A stretch of 56,062 bases of DNA, filler included, from Basidiobolus ranarum (lineage: Eukaryota), in NCBI GenBank assembly GCA_040143965.1. It is 6 parts of 6 records of this genome, joined end to end, with 100 filler letters (N's around TTAATTAATTAA, not from the genome) between each part and the next. Parts side by side here need not be neighbours in the genome. Positions count along the whole stretch, not along the records: positions 46,821 to 56,062 come from JASJQH010000853.1; 5 more parts are not named here. One strand, given 5' to 3'. Made by a program: the position numbers and the translations under genes. Under the pieces are notes generated by a model that was given only the letters and a program-made list of their open reading frames with translations, searched no databases and was not told where the DNA came from. Shown piece after piece: positions 52,109-56,062 of this stretch; within the stretch, counting starts at the first letter, position 1, and each line of letters starts with the position of its first letter.

Positions 52109-53674
52109 ATGGGTTTCTTCCAGGCACACCGTTCCATTAAATTATGGACAATTGTCATTATTGTGATAGGTCTCATCTGTTTAGTTGTTATTACGCCAAT
52201 TGTCCGTCATGAAAAGAACAAAAACCACCATAGAGACGATTACAATGCTGATGTCAAGGCACTTTCAACTTCAGCCGAACCAAGTCCTCAGAGAAAATCT
52301 GAAACCATATCTTCTGAATCCATATCTTCTGAGCCCACTTCCACTTCCACATCCACAACTACTTTTACTTCTACAGCTACGCCAACAGCCACTCCAATTT
52401 CACCTTGGATAGATTCTGACACCCCTAAAGAGTTTACAACCAAGTCGATTGGTGGTCAAAACTTTACTTTGGTGTTCTCTGATGAGTTCGAGAAGGCAGG
52501 CCGTACTTTTGCCGAAGGTGATGATCCTAAATGGACTGCTGTAGATTTGTGGTACTGGGCTACTGGTGACTTGGAGTGGTATAGTCCTAAAGCAGTTTCT
52601 ACATCAGATGGTAGCATGAAGATTAGAATGACTAAGGAGGAGATCAATGGCCACTCATATATGAGCGGTATGGTTCAAAGTTGGAACAAGTTTTGCTTCA
52701 CTGGTGGTATTATTGAAGTCAATGTATCTCTTCCTGGTTCTAGTGAGATTCCTGGTTTCTGGCCCGGTATTTGGACGATGGGTAACTTGGGTAGAGCTGG
52801 ATATGGAGCCACTACTGATGGTACCTGGCCATACTCTTATGATACTTGTGATGCTGCTGTCGCCGTCAATCAAAGTATGCCTATGAACCACAACATAGGC
52901 AATCAATGCTCTCTACAACCAGGTCAAAGACTTAACAAATGTGTATGCCCTGGTGAGGACCACCCCAACCCTGGTGTTGGTCGTGGTGCTCCAGAAATCG
53001 ATATTCTGGAAGCCTCTGTTGATCCCTCAACCAAACTCGGCACAGCTTCAATGTCAGATCAATTAGCACCCTTCAACTTCAATCCTGCTAATAACCAACG
53101 CAACGTAGATCAGCAATATGTTGAAATTTACAACAAGGAAGAAACGCATCTCGGCTGGACAGGTGGACCATTACAACAATGCGTTTCTGGCGTAGCATCC
53201 ATTCCTCCCGATGCTTACGAAGGAAGAGGCTTCCAAACATACTCATTTGAATATGTACCTGGAGCTGAAGGATATATTATCTGGAGAATCAACGACGTAG
53301 ATATCTGGAAAATGGATGCCAAGGCTATCGGACCTGATCCACTCTCTAAAACTGCTCAAAGACTTGTTAGTGAAGAGCCTATGTCAATTATTATGAATTT
53401 CGGTATGTCAGCCAGTTGGGTTTGGGGTTTCGAATCCGACCTTGAAAAGTTGCCCTTCCCAAGTACCATGAGTATCGACTATGTCCGTGTTTACCAACTT
53501 CCTGACAAGATCAATGTTTCTTGTGATCCACCCAACTTCCCCACCGCTCAATATATCAAAGATCATCCTAAAGCCTATAACTCTCCAACTGTAAGAACAT
53601 GGAAGGAAGCCGGTTACGAGTTCCCTAAATATTCTCTTGAGCCAACTTGCTTTGCCAAGGATGTAACCAATTAA
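52109..53674 (+). CDS. KRE6/SKN1-like GH16 protein, copy 4; intronless
   Basis: Same motifs as copy 2; ATG in the shared taacaATGGG context at 52109; TATATAAA about 50 nt upstream. Confidence 0.93.
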   Translation: MGFFQAHRSIKLWTIVIIVIGLICLVVITPIVRHEKNKNHHRDDYNADVKALSTSAEPSPQRKSETISSESISSEPTSTSTSTTTFTSTATPTATPISPWIDSDTPKEFTTKSIGGQNFTLVFSDEFEKAGRTFAEGDDPKWTAVDLWYWATGDLEWYSPKAVSTSDGSMKIRMTKEEINGHSYMSGMVQSWNKFCFTGGIIEVNVSLPGSSEIPGFWPGIWTMGNLGRAGYGATTDGTWPYSYDTCDAAVAVNQSMPMNHNIGNQCSLQPGQRLNKCVCPGEDHPNPGVGRGAPEIDILEASVDPSTKLGTASMSDQLAPFNFNPANNQRNVDQQYVEIYNKEETHLGWTGGPLQQCVSGVASIPPDAYEGRGFQTYSFEYVPGAEGYIIWRINDVDIWKMDAKAIGPDPLSKTAQRLVSEEPMSIIMNFGMSASWVWGFESDLEKLPFPSTMSIDYVRVYQLPDKINVSCDPPNFPTAQYIKDHPKAYNSPTVRTWKEAGYEFPKYSLEPTCFAKDVTN

Positions 53675-54955
53675 GTCTCAGCATATTCTCATTATTGTAT
53701 TTACAAATCTTTGATTGTTTATATACCAACCCTTCACGATAAAGAACCTTATCCATAACATTTCCAACATAATAGCCTAGTAAGGTGAGCACAGTAAGAA
53801 TGTTGTCGAAAATTCATTGCTCATATTCCATAAAGTGATACAAATAAAAAGATTTATATAACGAGTGTGTTATATTTTCTATTGCTCTACATCAGATCTG
53901 AAATGAGCGGTTCATATATTCCTCTATCCCTACTGCTATTCCCCACAAGTCGTAGGATCAGTCCTCACTAGAATATAAGAAGGTTCACATATGGATCAAA
54001 TCTTGCTGTACTATATCATGAAACACGTAACAATCCATGTTTTACCTCTATCCCACGGAATATATACATTCGAATATCTGATTCCAAAAGATTCATTTTT
54101 GCAGAATTGACTGTCAAAAAGAACCTGAACCACTCTCCAAACCAGCACAAAAACATAATTGCTCAGAGATGATGTTGACGCAATGTGAATCAACATAGGC
54201 TCTCGACAAGATCAATACCTCTTGTGGTTCAACAAATTTTCCCTCTTGCTCAATATATCAAGTATCATCCTAAAACTTGCAATCACCAACCTGGAAAGTA
54301 GCCAATTAAGCTCTAACGTTGCTGGCTTGTTCACATAGCTCCATTCATAAATGAGAATCTATTTATACACCTCTCACGTACTCATGAATCCACTGACATA
54401 TTCAACAACAAAACATGTTATGACTGAGTGTAACTACATTCAGCTATATGGATCAGTTACATGGGTACAGCATCAAAGTATATTTAGAAAGAGAAGCAAA
54501 TTGCTATTAAAACTTGATGGTGTATATTTTAGGAAATGATATAAATATAAAGAGCAAGTCACAGACCACTTCTTCCAAAAAAGGAAAGGAGTAAATCGAC
54601 ATTTGATCTAGATATGCAAATGGCCACGTTATAGAATTTTCTTTACTAGTGCTAAATGAGCAATATATGACAGACTCTAATTAGTGATGTTCAGACTAGA
54701 TTTGAACTATGCTTCTACTATCGTTAATTATAGCATCCTATCATATATAATGATATTAATCAAATATAGTAAGAGCAATCAAAATCAGTAACAAATGTTT
54801 ACTGTTAGCAACTGTACCCGTTGACTACACCTAAACTTAATCATCATGGTAAAGCAGTAGTACTCTCCATAATGCGAGTGTCATTTCTATATAAAAGTGT
54901 TGCAGCATTGCTGTTTCATGCATCAATTAAGAGTTTCAATTCCTGTCTGTTAACA

Positions 54956-56062
54956 ATGGGTTTCTTTCAGACACACCGTTCAATTAAACTATGGGCAATT
55001 GTCATTACCGTGGTAGGACTCATATGTTTAGTAGTTATTACGCCAATTGTCCGTCATGAAAAGAACAAAAACCACCATAGAGACGATTACAATGCTGATG
55101 TCAAAGCAAGTCCTCAGGGAAAATCTGGAACCACATCTTCTGGACCGACTTCTACAGTTACATCAACAGCCACTCCAGTTTCATCCTGGATCGATCCTGA
55201 CACCCCTAAGGAGTTTACTACTAAGATGGCTGGTGGTCAGAACTTTACTTTAGTGTTCTCCGATGAATTTGAGAAAGCAGGCCGTACATTTGCTGAAGGT
55301 GATGATCCTAAGTGGACTGCTGTAAACCTTCATTACTGGTCTACCGGTGACTATGAGTGGTACAGTCCAGATGCCGTTTCCACATCAGATGGCAGTATGA
55401 AAATTACGATGAGCAAGCACGAGATCAATGGTCAGTCGTATATGAGCGGTATGGTTCAGAGTTGGAACAAGTTTTGCTTCACTGGTGGAATTATTGAAGT
55501 CAATGTATCTCTTCCTGGTTCCAGTGACGTCCCGGGCTTTTGGCCTGCTATTTGGACATTAGGTAACTTGGGTAGAGCTGGGTACGGAGCCACCACTGAT
55601 GGTACCTGGCCATATACCTATGATACATGTGATGCTGCCGTTGCTGCAAATCAAAGTATGCCTAGGGGATTTTCAAATCAACCAGGCCAAAAACTCAACA
55701 AATGTGTATGTCCCGGTGAAGATCATCCTAACCCTGGTGTAGGCCGTGGTGCTCCTGAGATTGATATATTTGAAGTGTCAGTTAATAGCAAAAAAGTTGG
55801 GATTGCATCTCTATCAGATCAAGTAGCACCTTTTAACGTTGGTGACGTTGCGGATGGGAAATATATGCATTTTTATGACCCAAAGGCATGGAGAAATGGC
55901 TGGCCAGGTGGTCCATTACAACAATGTGTCTCCGGGGTAGCTCCGCTACCTTCAAACGTTTTCGAGGGAAATGGTTTCCAAACATATGCATTCGAATATG
56001 TACCCGGCCCTGAAGGATACATTATCTGGAGAATTAACGATCAAGAGATATGGAGAATGGAT
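54956..56062 (+). CDS. KRE6/SKN1-like GH16 protein, copy 5; open to the window end (absent from the ORF track because it has no stop)
   Basis: MGFFQTHRSIKLWAIVITVVGLICLVVITPIVRHEK...LVFSDEF...SWNKFCF...GRGAPEIDIFE...YVPGPEGYIIWRINDQEIWRMD in one frame. Confidence 0.92.
   Translation, partial: MGFFQTHRSIKLWAIVITVVGLICLVVITPIVRHEKNKNHHRDDYNADVKASPQGKSGTTSSGPTSTVTSTATPVSSWIDPDTPKEFTTKMAGGQNFTLVFSDEFEKAGRTFAEGDDPKWTAVNLHYWSTGDYEWYSPDAVSTSDGSMKITMSKHEINGQSYMSGMVQSWNKFCFTGGIIEVNVSLPGSSDVPGFWPAIWTLGNLGRAGYGATTDGTWPYTYDTCDAAVAANQSMPRGFSNQPGQKLNKCVCPGEDHPNPGVGRGAPEIDIFEVSVNSKKVGIASLSDQVAPFNVGDVADGKYMHFYDPKAWRNGWPGGPLQQCVSGVAPLPSNVFEGNGFQTYAFEYVPGPEGYIIWRINDQEIWRMD

Noticed and set aside
37466-56062. 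Copia graveyard flanking the KRE6 array as a subtelomeric or accessory island
   Set aside because: The two are separated by a linker and belong to different size-sorted contigs.

Overview
Intron-containing fungal genomic DNA, about 35-40% GC by eye. A WNK kinase together with Ste12 and Kre6 genes points to an early-diverging, non-Dikarya fungus (inference). The window is not one locus. Five identical 100-nt linkers (N44-TTAATTAATTAA-N44) separate six pieces of steadily decreasing length (9276, 9270, 9262, 9257, 9255, 9242 nt), i.e. size-sorted unrelated contigs. Contig 1: 3' end of a type-II peroxiredoxin, a P5C reductase and a kinesin-3. Contig 2: a processive GT2 glycosyltransferase (5'-truncated), a CACTA-ended foldback element, a GLUT-like sugar porter and the tail of a tandem paralog. 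Contig 3: CHMP7 (partial), an alpha-arrestin, Ste12 and the start of a PDI. Contig 4: NAD(P)HX dehydratase, a WNK kinase with a SAM-like tail, a CreA/Mig1-like zinc finger gene and a second inverted-repeat element. Contig 5: almost CpG-free stacked Ty1/Copia relics. Contig 6: a tandem array of intronless KRE6/SKN1-like GH16 genes with mosaic copies, a telomere-repeat palindrome and terminal redundancy. The best candidates for new biology are the recombining KRE6 cassette and the WNK-SAM kinase with an altered chloride-binding motif. Exon boundaries were read by hand.
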